A stretch of 64,000 nucleotides of DNA from an uncultured virus (IMG/VR IMGVR_UViG_3300042863_002246). Taxonomy: Duplodnaviria > Heunggongvirae > Uroviricota > Caudoviricetes. The notes beneath the pieces are model-generated. The model did no database searches. It was not told where the DNA came from and saw nothing but the letters and a program-made list of their open reading frames with translations. The stretch lies in IMG/VR virus record IMGVR_UViG_3300042863_002246; one strand, written 5' to 3'. A program made the translations under genes and the position numbers. Shown here piece after piece: positions 16,842-26,412 of this stretch; positions within the stretch are counted from its first letter, which is position 1, and each line of letters opens with the position of its first letter.

Positions 16842-19800
16842 TATTTTTTCTGAGATTTTTTAACTATGTTAAAGGTTGCCTTTAGTGTTTTTAATTCGTA
16901 TGGGTTGTGATTGGTAACAGGATCTTTTGTCATAAGCCTTTGTCTCTCAACTTCCCACATACCGGTTCCGTTGTATGGTTTTCCTGCGTTTTCTCCATCA
17001 TGGTTTATCTTCACATATAGTGGCACGTAGTATTTGACTTCTAAGGTATAGACACCTGGTTTGAATCCGGTGGTCATGTCGTAGTATAGCGTGTTTTCTC
17101 CACCGACTGGAGTATATTCTTGGTCTGGTGCGACTAAAACACTGGCGGTTGGTGAACCGTCACCAGGGTAAGCAAACCATCTGCTATATTCGTATTTTGG
17201 TGGTGTTCCTGCGAATCCGCCCTTTACTTGTGCAGTCGTTGATGTTGAATTATTTGTATCACCGAATTCTTTGACAACATTGCCGTCTGAGTCAAGTACT
17301 CTTATGGTACCCTTTGGTACGCTCCAAGCATCAAATCCCCATAACTTCTCACCATTTTCTTTTAAATGTCCCCATTTTTCTTGTCCGTAGAATATTCTGT
17401 ATTTTAATGATTCATAGATTTTAGGGTTTCCACTATCCAATATGTTGTAGCTATTGTTATTGGAGTATGGAGATATAACGACATCGTTTGTAAAAAAATC
17501 ATTTATACCTTGGTCTGAGAGCTCAAAAACCGTCCAATTGAAAGGAGTCAATGCCTTTTGCCAATCTTCGCTAGGTTTGTATGTAGGGAAAGGTCTCTTG
17601 ATTGCAATGAATAGAGATTTTGAGTCTTTTATATTGTCTTCTGCACTTATTAGATTTCCTGAACTGGTTAGTTGTGCATGGTTGTTTGTTACGTCGGAAA
17701 CTCTTGCCTGTGTATAGTCTCCGTCTATTCCGCCCCATGCAAGTTCTAGTTTTACTTCATGTCGATAGACTCCGCTTGCGGTTGCAACAATTGTTTCTGG
17801 TACTGCATCCGCAACGGTAGATTGTGATACTCCGGTTATAGTATCTGGACTAGTAAGTGTTTGGTTTGGAATAGCAAATGGATCTTTCAATGATGTAACT
17901 ACGTCAATACCATTCTCCGACAATTTATTTATCGTAAGTATATATTTTTTACCTGAAGAATCTTGAACGGTAAATATATCACCAACTTTGTATTTTTCGT
18001 TTGGTTTGTATGTTATAGTTGATGATGCACTTCCAACAATAGGATTTTCGTTTTTCTCTTCTTTCTTTTCTTTTGTTCCATTGTTTGTTCCTTCTTTGAT
18101 TTCTGCAGGATCTTTACCCATTTCTTTTCTGGCTAATGTTATTTCTTGACTAAGAACACCATTTAAGAATGTGTATTTAATGCTTGCAATCATCCATTCA
18201 CCTGAATATCTCCATTGTACCGTTTCTGGAGCAGCGACGGTTGCGGCATCTTTCATCAAGAAAACCTGTATCTTTTGAAATCTGTATAGGTTGAAGTTAG
18301 GATTTGGAAGACTGATATCCATCTGGTTCTTCATCATGTTATCAAGGTTTATCTTGTTTTGAGTAACTGCATAATTGTGATTTTTGTGTACATTGTCAGT
18401 ATCAATCTTACCATGATATTTTGTAACATAGTTATTGTCAAACGATTCTTTATCACCTTCACTACCTTTTAATATGTGACTTTTTGAACCATCACTGGTA
18501 GTAGAATCAACATCAAAAACCAAAAACATTTTTTTTACAGTGTCATAGAATTTAGTTCTTGTTCTATATCCTTGCTCCATACTAATCTTTGTAGATTCGT
18601 TTCTTTCTGCCTTTTTTGAAAAGTACATACTACTGGTTTGTTGTCCTTTTTCAGAAGTTAGTTTTAGACTTTTGATTTTATCCGCGTCCTTTTCACCTGG
18701 TTTGTCTATACCACCGGTGTCTATTCCAACATCGTTTGTTATGTCTCTTTTCATTTCTTTCTCTATATCAACATAGTTAAAACAATAGTAGAAATCTATA
18801 TAACCTGCCATAAAAGATTCTTCTGATATATAAGAATGTTTTATTATATCCTCCATGAATTTGTACTCTTTATCACCTACATTTCTCCAAGGCATAGTGT
18901 CTGTGGTGTTTTCTATATTAGAGTTGAATCCAATCTTTAAATCTTTACATATCTCTCTAAGAACTTCAAATGAAGTTCCTCTTCTTACTTTAAATTTGTT
19001 TCTATAAAGGTCTGAAACATCTAATGTTCCTGATAAACTATATTGTCCTGCCTCCATTCTTCCAAATTCTTCTATTTTGAATATAAGATGTATATATTTA
19101 AGGTTAACTGATCTAGAGTTTAGAAAAATATCAAATTTAGTGTCATCACGAGGTGGTTGTTTTGAAATCATACCATTTGTGTCTCTAAACAATATATCTA
19201 CCTTTGGAATCATTCCTTCGTGGTATAAAGAGAATGATATTATATCCCTATCGTTTATCTGTGAACCACCAATGCTTAAGAACGGAGTAAGACCTATAGT
19301 AGTAGCAACTTGTTGCGAACCACCTTTGTCTGTACCCTGTCTTTCGAATTCCATTGGTTTAACTTCTATAGTTGGTCTGTCTATTTGAGTTATTATTGGT
19401 CTTGTTCCTGATGCATTTGATTCTGTGACACCTTTACTTTCCTGTGGTATGACTGTTGGTTCTGGAAGAACTTTAAATTTAATTTCTGTTGGTTCAACAT
19501 CAGGAGAAGTACTACCAACCGTTACTACATAGTCACCAGGTTGGTCAAATTGTATTCCACTAAAATCTGCTTTCCCACCTGATATTTCTACTTCAGTAAC
19601 ACCTATTATAACTCCAGGTCCACTCTTTACTTTAAGAGTAAACTTTCCTACAGTCATTACTGGATTTGTTGTTGGTTTTCCACTTGGACTTCCATTGTCT
19701 ACACCAGATGCAGACATTCCTGCAGGGTCCGGTGATTCTGGAAATGGATATCCTGTTATTTCTATCTTTGTGTCTTTAGGAATAATAGTTACGCCATATC

Positions 19801-20653
19801 TCTCAAGCCATTTTCCATTTGCATCGTAAAAGTAGTCGGATGCCAAAAAATAAATCTGTTTATTGGTTTCTTCGAATACAAAACCGGAGCTATTTTTTAT
19901 GCTTTCTATAAGCTTTTCTCCTTTAAGTATATCAAATGTTATTTCTATAGGTACGGTTGCTGTAGACCAGGCCGAAGCCGAAATATATTTACCGGTATAA
20001 ACCTCTTCTACCACGGGCTCATCGCCGTCTATAGTCAAAGACATTTTATTTTCCGGCCTGTTTCCTATATCATTGTATATCTTAGTCGTATCTTCTTTAG
20101 ATATTTCTTTAGCATCTGATCTTTTTGCGGCATCTACCCATATAGGATCTTTTCTTCTACCATAGACAATATTTTTATAAGAATTTTCTAAATAGCTTTT
20201 TGCTAGGTTTATAAAGTCGTCCAATGAATATTGTGCAGTGATTTCACCATATTCGACTCGTTTGAGTGAAGTTCCTAAATCATCACGGAATCTTTTTATA
20301 CCATCTTTGGTTTCTATATCGTTCCAGGGATCATATAAATCACTTCCGTCTTTAGGATTTTTTTCGGGAAAATCATATAGGTTTGAAAATGCGTAGTAAT
20401 TATTGACAAATGGGTAATATGTATTTCCGGTAGGATCCTTATCATAGTTCTTACCCGCAAGCTGTTGTGCGGAAGCTAAATCTCCCTTACTCATCGCTTC
20501 TATATCTACGATCCAAATTACACCGTTAACAGTTTCTTCGCCTGGATATTTAGTTGGCTTAGTAATAGAAAACTTATAGCTTTTACTATAGGCAGCATCT
20601 ATGAATCCGTTTGTGGTACATGGTATATATGTATCTGTAGGTTTATAAGCCAT
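16841..20653 (-). CDS. Baseplate hub protein (gp27/late-control-D-like core) with long N- and C-terminal extensions
   Basis: Central region PFL.I..IISFSL..PKV.I.F.D..G ... YSGEWMIASIKY..QEITLARKE resembles hub proteins; Ig-like segment ADFSGIQFDQPGDYVVTV; sits in the baseplate cluster. Confidence 0.6.
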   Translation of the reverse strand: MAYKPTDTYIPCTTNGFIDAAYSKSYKFSITKPTKYPGEETVNGVIWIVDIEAMSKGDLASAQQLAGKNYDKDPTGNTYYPFVNNYYAFSNLYDFPEKNPKDGSDLYDPWNDIETKDGIKRFRDDLGTSLKRVEYGEITAQYSLDDFINLAKSYLENSYKNIVYGRRKDPIWVDAAKRSDAKEISKEDTTKIYNDIGNRPENKMSLTIDGDEPVVEEVYTGKYISASAWSTATVPIEITFDILKGEKLIESIKNSSGFVFEETNKQIYFLASDYFYDANGKWLERYGVTIIPKDTKIEITGYPFPESPDPAGMSASGVDNGSPSGKPTTNPVMTVGKFTLKVKSGPGVIIGVTEVEISGGKADFSGIQFDQPGDYVVTVGSTSPDVEPTEIKFKVLPEPTVIPQESKGVTESNASGTRPIITQIDRPTIEVKPMEFERQGTDKGGSQQVATTIGLTPFLSIGGSQINDRDIISFSLYHEGMIPKVDILFRDTNGMISKQPPRDDTKFDIFLNSRSVNLKYIHLIFKIEEFGRMEAGQYSLSGTLDVSDLYRNKFKVRRGTSFEVLREICKDLKIGFNSNIENTTDTMPWRNVGDKEYKFMEDIIKHSYISEESFMAGYIDFYYCFNYVDIEKEMKRDITNDVGIDTGGIDKPGEKDADKIKSLKLTSEKGQQTSSMYFSKKAERNESTKISMEQGYRTRTKFYDTVKKMFLVFDVDSTTSDGSKSHILKGSEGDKESFDNNYVTKYHGKIDTDNVHKNHNYAVTQNKINLDNMMKNQMDISLPNPNFNLYRFQKIQVFLMKDAATVAAPETVQWRYSGEWMIASIKYTFLNGVLSQEITLARKEMGKDPAEIKEGTNNGTKEKKEEKNENPIVGSASSTITYKPNEKYKVGDIFTVQDSSGKKYILTINKLSENGIDVVTSLKDPFAIPNQTLTSPDTITGVSQSTVADAVPETIVATASGVYRHEVKLELAWGGIDGDYTQARVSDVTNNHAQLTSSGNLISAEDNIKDSKSLFIAIKRPFPTYKPSEDWQKALTPFNWTVFELSDQGINDFFTNDVVISPYSNNNSYNILDSGNPKIYESLKYRIFYGQEKWGHLKENGEKLWGFDAWSVPKGTIRVLDSDGNVVKEFGDTNNSTSTTAQVKGGFAGTPPKYEYSRWFAYPGDGSPTASVLVAPDQEYTPVGGENTLYYDMTTGFKPGVYTLEVKYYVPLYVKINHDGENAGKPYNGTGMWEVERQRLMTKDPVTNHNPYELKTLKATFNIVKKSQKK

Positions 20654-20676
20654 TTGATATTTTTGTTTTTGTTCTT

Positions 20677-20685
20677 TATATATTA
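20677..20685 (-). promoter_or_regulatory. Putative late promoter box TAATATATA
   Basis: Exact motif upstream of the hub operon. Confidence 0.6.
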
Positions 20686-20689
20686 AAAA

Positions 20690-20878
20690 CTATCGGTCTG
20701 AGAGAAGAATGTCGAGCTTTATTTCTCTAATGGATTCGACGACTTCTTTCTCCAAAGACTCTCTTATTATTCCTTGAGCTATTAGGTTCATTATATTCAC
20801 ACAGGATAAGTCAACCTCTATTCCTTTGTAGAAAACCTGCCCAGAATCTTCAATCTTCAGGTCTTTCATCCATATCAT
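20690..20878 (-). CDS. Small hypothetical protein with RxxK(I/L)xx(I/L)L motif
   Basis: Overlaps the uvsW stop by 4 nt; ends SIREIKLDILLSDR. Confidence 0.6.
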   Translation of the reverse strand: MIWMKDLKIEDSGQVFYKGIEVDLSCVNIMNLIAQGIIRESLEKEVVESIREIKLDILLSDR

Positions 20879-22482
20879 AGGTTAATCTTTAACATTTTAT
20901 AAGGATACTTTCTTTTTATGTAAAAAGATTCTCTTTCTTTGTAGTGTCTGAAAAGTGCGTTATTCATATCGTTTGCATCAAAGATGTCGACTAAGTCAAA
21001 TATGTTTACTTTGTCTTTGTCTGAATGAAGTCTCAATCCCCTTCCAATTGATTGTATAATAATCTGTTCTGATTTGAAAGAGTCTGCAAATATAACGTTG
21101 AAGATTGCGTTAATAGATACACCTGTTGAAAGAGTTCCAAACGAAGCGACTAGAACCCTAACTTTTCCGTCAGTTACTTCCATTTGTTTCTTTATTTCCT
21201 CTCTTTTTCTTCCACTTACTTCACCATCAATGTAGAAAAACTCTTTATCATCGATTTCTCTTTTGAGTTTGTCAAAGATCCTTTGTCCATTCTCTATCGT
21301 ATGAAAAAGTAAAAGTGTATTATTAGTACATTTTTGTACAAGTGTTCTTATAAAGTCTAATCTTTTGTCTGATTGGTGTATGAAAGTCTTCTCAAAATCA
21401 AATGCTGCCTTTCCATCTCCACTTTTTCTAACAAGTTTTAGTCTTTCGTTGAACTCTAAATGATTGTGATTCATCACAACAACTCTTATCTCCATCGGTG
21501 TTATGATACCTTTCTTTTTTAACTCATCTGCACTAACTTCTGTTATTTTTGGACCCAGAACTGATTGAATAGTAAGTATCTCACACGACTCATCCAATGG
21601 AAAAGTACCAGATACACCAAATCTACAATAAGCATGACCAAATGTGTATTCTAATATCTTAGTGATTGTCTTTGCTTTTGCACCATGTGCTTCATCTGTT
21701 GCAACCGTGTGGAATTTTTCAAAGAATTCTTTAGGCCATTTCTCTAAAGATTGGTATGTTCCAATATAAACATTAGGATTTTCTGTTCCTGAGAACTTTC
21801 TTGGTCTGTCTGACATTACTTCCTCAACTCTTACGGTACATGGCAAATGTCCGGTTGAAAGAACGGTGGTATTTTTATCTCTCATTTCTAAAAGATTGTT
21901 TATACCATAGTTATATTCTACTATGTTGTCATAGAATTGTGTTACTAAAGTTATCGAAGGTACTATGATAAGAAACTTTGCATCTTCTTCGATGTTTTTA
22001 AGTGTGTAAAACATCACTATAGATATGATAAGTGATTTACCACCTGATGTAGCAACTTCTGCCATACAATATCTGTTCTTTAGTATCTTATATGCTGCCT
22101 CTATTTGGTGTTCATATGGCATGAACGGAACCCATTCTCCTTCTTTTGTTCTTACTTTGTGTGTTTTGAAAAAATCTTTACAGAAATCTTGTACCTTTTC
22201 TAAAGTAACATCTCTGTTTATAGGGAAGTCTAGTTTGTTTTCTAACTGAAAAGGCATTTCAATCTCTTTACATCCTCTCATAGCTTCTTTCCATAGACCT
22301 AAGCTTATTCTACCATTTTTGAAGAACGTCATGTTTCCATCCCAGACTCCTATTTTAACCATAGGGTGGAACTTCCAGCCTTTAACCTTTCTTGTAAGCC
22401 AAAGTTGCATTTGGTGGTATTCGATTCTTGTCGCTTCTGATACTACTATTTCTTCTGTCTCTTTATCATATCTAAATTTCAT
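20875..22482 (-). CDS. uvsW: UvsW-like SF2 DNA helicase
   Basis: PYEHQ, ATSGGKS, DEAH, SGT, STGVSI, QSIGRGLR; T4 UvsW-like N-terminus (KIGVWDG). Confidence 0.9.
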   Translation of the reverse strand: MKFRYDKETEEIVVSEATRIEYHQMQLWLTRKVKGWKFHPMVKIGVWDGNMTFFKNGRISLGLWKEAMRGCKEIEMPFQLENKLDFPINRDVTLEKVQDFCKDFFKTHKVRTKEGEWVPFMPYEHQIEAAYKILKNRYCMAEVATSGGKSLIISIVMFYTLKNIEEDAKFLIIVPSITLVTQFYDNIVEYNYGINNLLEMRDKNTTVLSTGHLPCTVRVEEVMSDRPRKFSGTENPNVYIGTYQSLEKWPKEFFEKFHTVATDEAHGAKAKTITKILEYTFGHAYCRFGVSGTFPLDESCEILTIQSVLGPKITEVSADELKKKGIITPMEIRVVVMNHNHLEFNERLKLVRKSGDGKAAFDFEKTFIHQSDKRLDFIRTLVQKCTNNTLLLFHTIENGQRIFDKLKREIDDKEFFYIDGEVSGRKREEIKKQMEVTDGKVRVLVASFGTLSTGVSINAIFNVIFADSFKSEQIIIQSIGRGLRLHSDKDKVNIFDLVDIFDANDMNNALFRHYKERESFYIKRKYPYKMLKINL

Positions 22483-22508
22483 TTAAAAGTGAATATTTTT
22501 TCTTTCAT

Positions 22509-22537
22509 GTTATATATTAAAAATCATTGATTGTTTA
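22509..22537 (-). promoter_or_regulatory. Putative middle promoter TAAAC-N18-TATAAC overlapping a TAATATATA box
   Basis: Minus strand TAAACAATCAATGATTTTTAATATATAAC upstream of uvsW. Confidence 0.5.
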
Positions 22538-22625
22538 AAAACCCTTGTTTTTATTATTTTTTTGACGTTTTTAGTGGAGGGAAGAAAGTTTTGCTGATAT
22601 ATACTAAAAAATAAAAAGTAAAAGC

Positions 22626-22985
22626 ATGAAAAAGTTGATATCATTCTTTAAGAATCTTTTCGCTAAAGAAGAAGCGGTTGTTGAAGTTGCTCACAAAGTT
22701 GAGGAAGTTAAAGCAGAAGCAGTTCACGTAGTTGAAGAAGTTAAAGAAGTTGTTGAGAAGGTAAAAGAAATCGTAAAAGAAGCGCCTACTAAACAAATCG
22801 AAGAAAGATTGGCTGAAGTAGCTACAGAGAAAAAAGAAGAGCCAAAGGTTACTGCAAAAGAAATCAAGGCTAAAGTAAGAAGACCTGCTGCACCTAAAGC
22901 AGTTGTTGAAGCTACTGAAGTTGAAGCTACTGAAGTTAAAAGAAAACCAACCAGAAGAAAGCCTAAGGCTAAGAAAGCTGAATAA
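22626..22985 (+). CDS. Low-complexity Lys/Glu/Ala/Val-rich protein
   Basis: 119 aa, amphipathic N-terminus, basic C-terminus KRKPTRRKPKAKK. Confidence 0.7.
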   Translation: MKKLISFFKNLFAKEEAVVEVAHKVEEVKAEAVHVVEEVKEVVEKVKEIVKEAPTKQIEERLAEVATEKKEEPKVTAKEIKAKVRRPAAPKAVVEATEVEATEVKRKPTRRKPKAKKAE

Positions 22986-23002
22986 TTTTCTTTTAGAAAT
23001 TT

Positions 23003-23032
23003 AAAAAGCCACTCAAATTGAGTGGCTTTTTT
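23003..23032. terminator. Bidirectional terminator, CCACTCA/TGAGTGG family
   Basis: AAAAAGCCACTCAAATTGAGTGGCTTTTTT between convergent genes. Confidence 0.85.
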
Positions 23033-23045
23033 AGTGTTAGTATTT

Positions 23046-23699
23046 TTAGAAAGGCAGGTCGTGATTTTCTAAGTGTGTTTCTGGGTTGTAAATGTATAAA
23101 AATATTCTATCAATCTTATTAGGACTTTCTATACCATTTAGTTCAAACCAAGAATCTATGTTTGGTTTTGCTCCTTTGTAAAGAGTTTTTGGTAGCTTGC
23201 GGTCTCTTGAAAAACCATCGGAAGATATTGCTTCAAATATAAAGTGAAAATCTGTATTATCAATCATTTCAAGCTTTGAGAAAGCATCCTTTATATCTTC
23301 TTTGACTTCTTCGATACTTTTATGTCTGAGTCCTTTCATCTTTATAATAAACTCGCCGTTATTGTCGTTTGAATCTTCGTGTAGCTCATCCGTGTTGTCT
23401 ATTAAGTCTCTTATACAATCTTTTATTGCATCCTCATCTGAGTCTATTCTAAACATTTTGAAGAAGTCTTCAAACGAATCTTCGTTTTTTACATTTCTCT
23501 GCCAATGGATCATGGAATCCGTGTTCATGCAAGAGATTAGATCCTTTAATCTTTTTCTAGTGTTAGAGGTGTATTTCTCGGATTGTAAAAGCTCTATAAG
23601 AGGTTTTACCTTTTCCCAATCTTCTGCAGATACCGTAGCATGTGGTATAAGTTCTTTATCCACATTAGATTCTGTTATTAGTTTTGAGAACTTTTTCAT
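23046..23699 (-). CDS. Hypothetical protein with capsid-targeting-like N-terminus
   Basis: Start moved to MKKFSKLITES because the TAATATATA box (23705-23713) overlaps the upstream ATG. Confidence 0.7.
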   Translation of the reverse strand: MKKFSKLITESNVDKELIPHATVSAEDWEKVKPLIELLQSEKYTSNTRKRLKDLISCMNTDSMIHWQRNVKNEDSFEDFFKMFRIDSDEDAIKDCIRDLIDNTDELHEDSNDNNGEFIIKMKGLRHKSIEEVKEDIKDAFSKLEMIDNTDFHFIFEAISSDGFSRDRKLPKTLYKGAKPNIDSWFELNGIESPNKIDRIFLYIYNPETHLENHDLPF

Positions 23700-23717
23700 A
23701 AACATATATATTAAATC

Positions 23718-23742
23718 AAAAAAGCCTCATTTTATTGAGGCT
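23718..23742 (-). terminator. Rho-independent terminator
   Basis: AAGCCTCA-loop-TGAGGCTT stem followed by a T-tract on the minus strand. Confidence 0.65.
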
Positions 23743-24184
23743 TGTTTATTATTTCTAGTACTTCGTCTATCTTTTTGTTTCTTTCTTCTCGTATTCTTCT
23801 CTGTTCATCGAAAACATTGGCATACCTGAAACTTATAGATCCGTCGTTTTCTTTTAGTATGTCGTAGAAGTAGGTTATACTCGATTCGATAGATTCGGAT
23901 CTAAGTATGTAGCCAATACAGGTTTCTAAATCTTGAAACTTCAATGTTTGTGTCGACACCGATTTTTGAATTAGTTTGTTGTTTACTACTTCACTAAATT
24001 GAAATGTCGGTGATTGTGATATGTAGTCTATTCTTTCATGTACTTGTTCAAAGAAGTATTCCAATTCTTGATCAGAAAGAATACTGACATCAAAAGAGAA
24101 CTTCATTCTCAAAGAATTTTTAGACTTTACGTCTTTTATCAGTTCTTTAATCTTATCATCTTTTGATAGTTGTGTAAGATTCAT
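23732..24184 (-). CDS. Hypothetical protein with C-terminal RxxKIxxVL motif
   Basis: 150 aa downstream of clpP; EERNKKIDEVLE. Confidence 0.7.
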   Translation of the reverse strand: MNLTQLSKDDKIKELIKDVKSKNSLRMKFSFDVSILSDQELEYFFEQVHERIDYISQSPTFQFSEVVNNKLIQKSVSTQTLKFQDLETCIGYILRSESIESSITYFYDILKENDGSISFRYANVFDEQRRIREERNKKIDEVLEIINKPQ

Positions 24185-24189
24185 TCATA

Positions 24190-24864
24190 CTATTTTCTTT
24201 TTTGTATGATTTCGTCAATCATTCCATACTTTTTAGCCTCTGATGCAGTCATCCAATAATCTCTTTCACTATCTTTGTAGACTTTATCGTAGACTTGACC
24301 GGTAGTATCTGAAATTATTTCATAAAGTTCCTTTTTCAAAGAGTTTATTTCCTTTGCTTCGATTTCCATGTCTGTTGCTTGAGCATAACCTGTATATCCA
24401 AGTGGTTGGTGTATCATTGTTCTACTTCTTCTAAGTGCTTTTCTTTTACCTTTAGTTCCAGAACAAAGTATTACTGCCGCCATAGAGGCTGCAAGTCCTG
24501 TGTTTACTGTGATAATGTCTGGTTTAATAAAATCCATTACGTCCAATAGTCCTAATCCAGAATAGACTGAACCTCCTCCTGAATCAATATAGATTTTTAT
24601 GTCTTTATCACTTTCCATTTCTAAATATAGAAGTTGAGCTTTGATTATATTACAAACATAGTCGTCAACTTCGGTGGATAAAAAGATTATTCTATCTTCT
24701 AATAGCTTAGAGAATATGTCAACAGACATTCCGTTGCTTTCTAATAGGTAGGGTGTGTTGTTGTTTTGTGTTCTTGATACAGTTTTGAAGTAGTCATCGA
24801 ACGTAGAGCCAGATATACCATTGTCTCTCATATGAGATTTCAGAATCCTTTCGTTTCTATTCAT
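24190..24864 (-). CDS. clpP: ATP-dependent Clp protease proteolytic subunit
   Basis: SVDIFSKLLEDRIIFL, IDSGGGSV, GLAASMAA, MIHQPLG, ERDYWMTASEAKKYGMIDEI. Confidence 0.95.
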   Translation of the reverse strand: MNRNERILKSHMRDNGISGSTFDDYFKTVSRTQNNNTPYLLESNGMSVDIFSKLLEDRIIFLSTEVDDYVCNIIKAQLLYLEMESDKDIKIYIDSGGGSVYSGLGLLDVMDFIKPDIITVNTGLAASMAAVILCSGTKGKRKALRRSRTMIHQPLGYTGYAQATDMEIEAKEINSLKKELYEIISDTTGQVYDKVYKDSERDYWMTASEAKKYGMIDEIIQKRK

Positions 24865-24961
24865 TGGTTTGGTTTTTCTTTTTTATAAAAAAACGGATTG
24901 AAAGTTTAATATATAATGTAGTTTATAAATTTAATATATACAAAAAAACAACAAAAATCAT

Positions 24962-25273
24962 ATGAAAACTAAAGTAGAAATAAACGGATACGAGATTGAG
25001 ATCGAAGAAAGAGATGGTCTTATTTCTGTAACAGCAACTTTTGAAGACGAAGTAGTAGAAGAATTCCAAATCGAGACTGAAGAAGGTCAAGGTGATGAAG
25101 AAGGTCAAGAAGACGTTCAAGGATTTGACGAATTTGGTCAAGACGAAGAAGAAGATTTTGGTCAAGATGACGAAGAAGGTCAGGATGACGAAGATGAAGA
25201 TGAAGAAGAAGGTCAAAACGAAATGGAAGGAAAATTAGAGTCTTTTCAAGCTTTCATCAACAAAAAAAAATAA
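24962..25273 (+). CDS. Highly acidic small protein
   Basis: 103 aa, E/D-rich with EEGQD repeats; C-terminal KLESFQAFINKKK; two TAATATATA boxes upstream (24907, 24932). Confidence 0.75.
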   Translation: MKTKVEINGYEIEIEERDGLISVTATFEDEVVEEFQIETEEGQGDEEGQEDVQGFDEFGQDEEEDFGQDDEEGQDDEDEDEEEGQNEMEGKLESFQAFINKKK

Positions 25274-25285
25274 TATAATCCAAAA

Positions 25286-26341
25286 ATGATTAAAAAGTTT
25301 AATCAATACATAAAGGAGGACGTTGCAGGAGAAAAACAACTTCTGTATTATGCGTTTGACTGGGATGACAATATATTGAGCATGCCAACGGTTATACACA
25401 TGGACCATCTTATCGATGGTGACTGGGTTCCTGAGGATGTTTCTACCGCAGACTTTGCAAAAGTAAGAGGTGATAGTGAGAACTGGAGAGTAATCAACGG
25501 TGATCCTGCTGCAGCTTTTTCTGAATTTAGAGATAGTGGACCAAGAGGTGATGTTGCTTTCTTGGAAGATACTAAAAATGCAGTCTCTGCACAAAGATTT
25601 TCTCCAGCGTGGGAAGATTTCGTAGAGTGTTTAGTAAACGGATCTCTTTTCGCTATAATAACGGCGAGAGGACATGAAGCACCATCAATGAAAAAAGGAG
25701 TTGAGTGGATAATAGACAATGTTCTTTCTGAAGAACAACTATACGAAATGTATAACAACCTATTGAAGTTTGCTTATTTATTCAGACATAACAAAGAGTA
25801 TGATAGAATATTAAAAGGGCAACCATCTGCACATTCACTTGTTCAACTTTATTTAGAAAATTGTGAGTTCGTGGGTGTTTCTGCACCATCAAGAGGTGGT
25901 TCACCATCTGATCCAGAACAAGCTAAAGAAGATGCACTTCTTCTTTTCATGGATAGAGTAAACAAATTTGCGGCAAGTGTTGGATATAAAGCCAAAGTTG
26001 GATTCTCAGATGATGACTTAGGTAATGTTAGTCATATAGAAAACCTTGCAGACAACTTACACCACGAGCAGTTTCCAAACTTATTATTATTTGTGGTTAA
26101 AGGTACAAAATATCCTGAAGACATTACTAAGAAAGTAGTTACTTTTGACGAGTTCAGAGGTGAAATGAAAGAAAGTCAAGATCCTATGACGACAAGCACT
26201 ATGTCTATGCAAACTCCTAACGCTGCTATGTCGGCTGGTTTAAATAGTAAAGACCCTTTTGTGACTAGAGCCATTGGTCAGTCAAAACTTTTAACAAAAA
26301 TGTCTAAAAACACTTTTGGAAAAAGTAAAAAAAAAGATTAG
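25286..26341 (+). CDS. HAD-superfamily phosphatase/nucleotidase with capsid-targeting-like tag
   Basis: AFDWDDNI (motif I), ITARGH (II), K (III), GFSDDD..N (IV); starts MIKKFNQYIKED. Confidence 0.75.
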   Translation: MIKKFNQYIKEDVAGEKQLLYYAFDWDDNILSMPTVIHMDHLIDGDWVPEDVSTADFAKVRGDSENWRVINGDPAAAFSEFRDSGPRGDVAFLEDTKNAVSAQRFSPAWEDFVECLVNGSLFAIITARGHEAPSMKKGVEWIIDNVLSEEQLYEMYNNLLKFAYLFRHNKEYDRILKGQPSAHSLVQLYLENCEFVGVSAPSRGGSPSDPEQAKEDALLLFMDRVNKFAASVGYKAKVGFSDDDLGNVSHIENLADNLHHEQFPNLLLFVVKGTKYPEDITKKVVTFDEFRGEMKESQDPMTTSTMSMQTPNAAMSAGLNSKDPFVTRAIGQSKLLTKMSKNTFGKSKKKD

Positions 26342-26371
26342 CCCGAAAGAAAAAGATTCAGGCAACAAATG

Positions 26372-26400
26372 ATCCGCTTAGTTTTTAAGCGGATTTTTTT
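26372..26400 (+). terminator. Rho-independent terminator directly followed by a late box (26400-26408)
   Basis: ATCCGCTTA-GTTTT-TAAGCGGAT-TTTTTT. Confidence 0.8.
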
Positions 26401-26412
26401 AATATATAGAAT

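Noticed and set aside
4645..20653. Bacterial T6SS or extracellular contractile injection system locus
   Set aside because: Context is UvsW, gp61-like primase, gp43-like PolB, UvsY and phage-type promoters; no membrane complex or immunity genes
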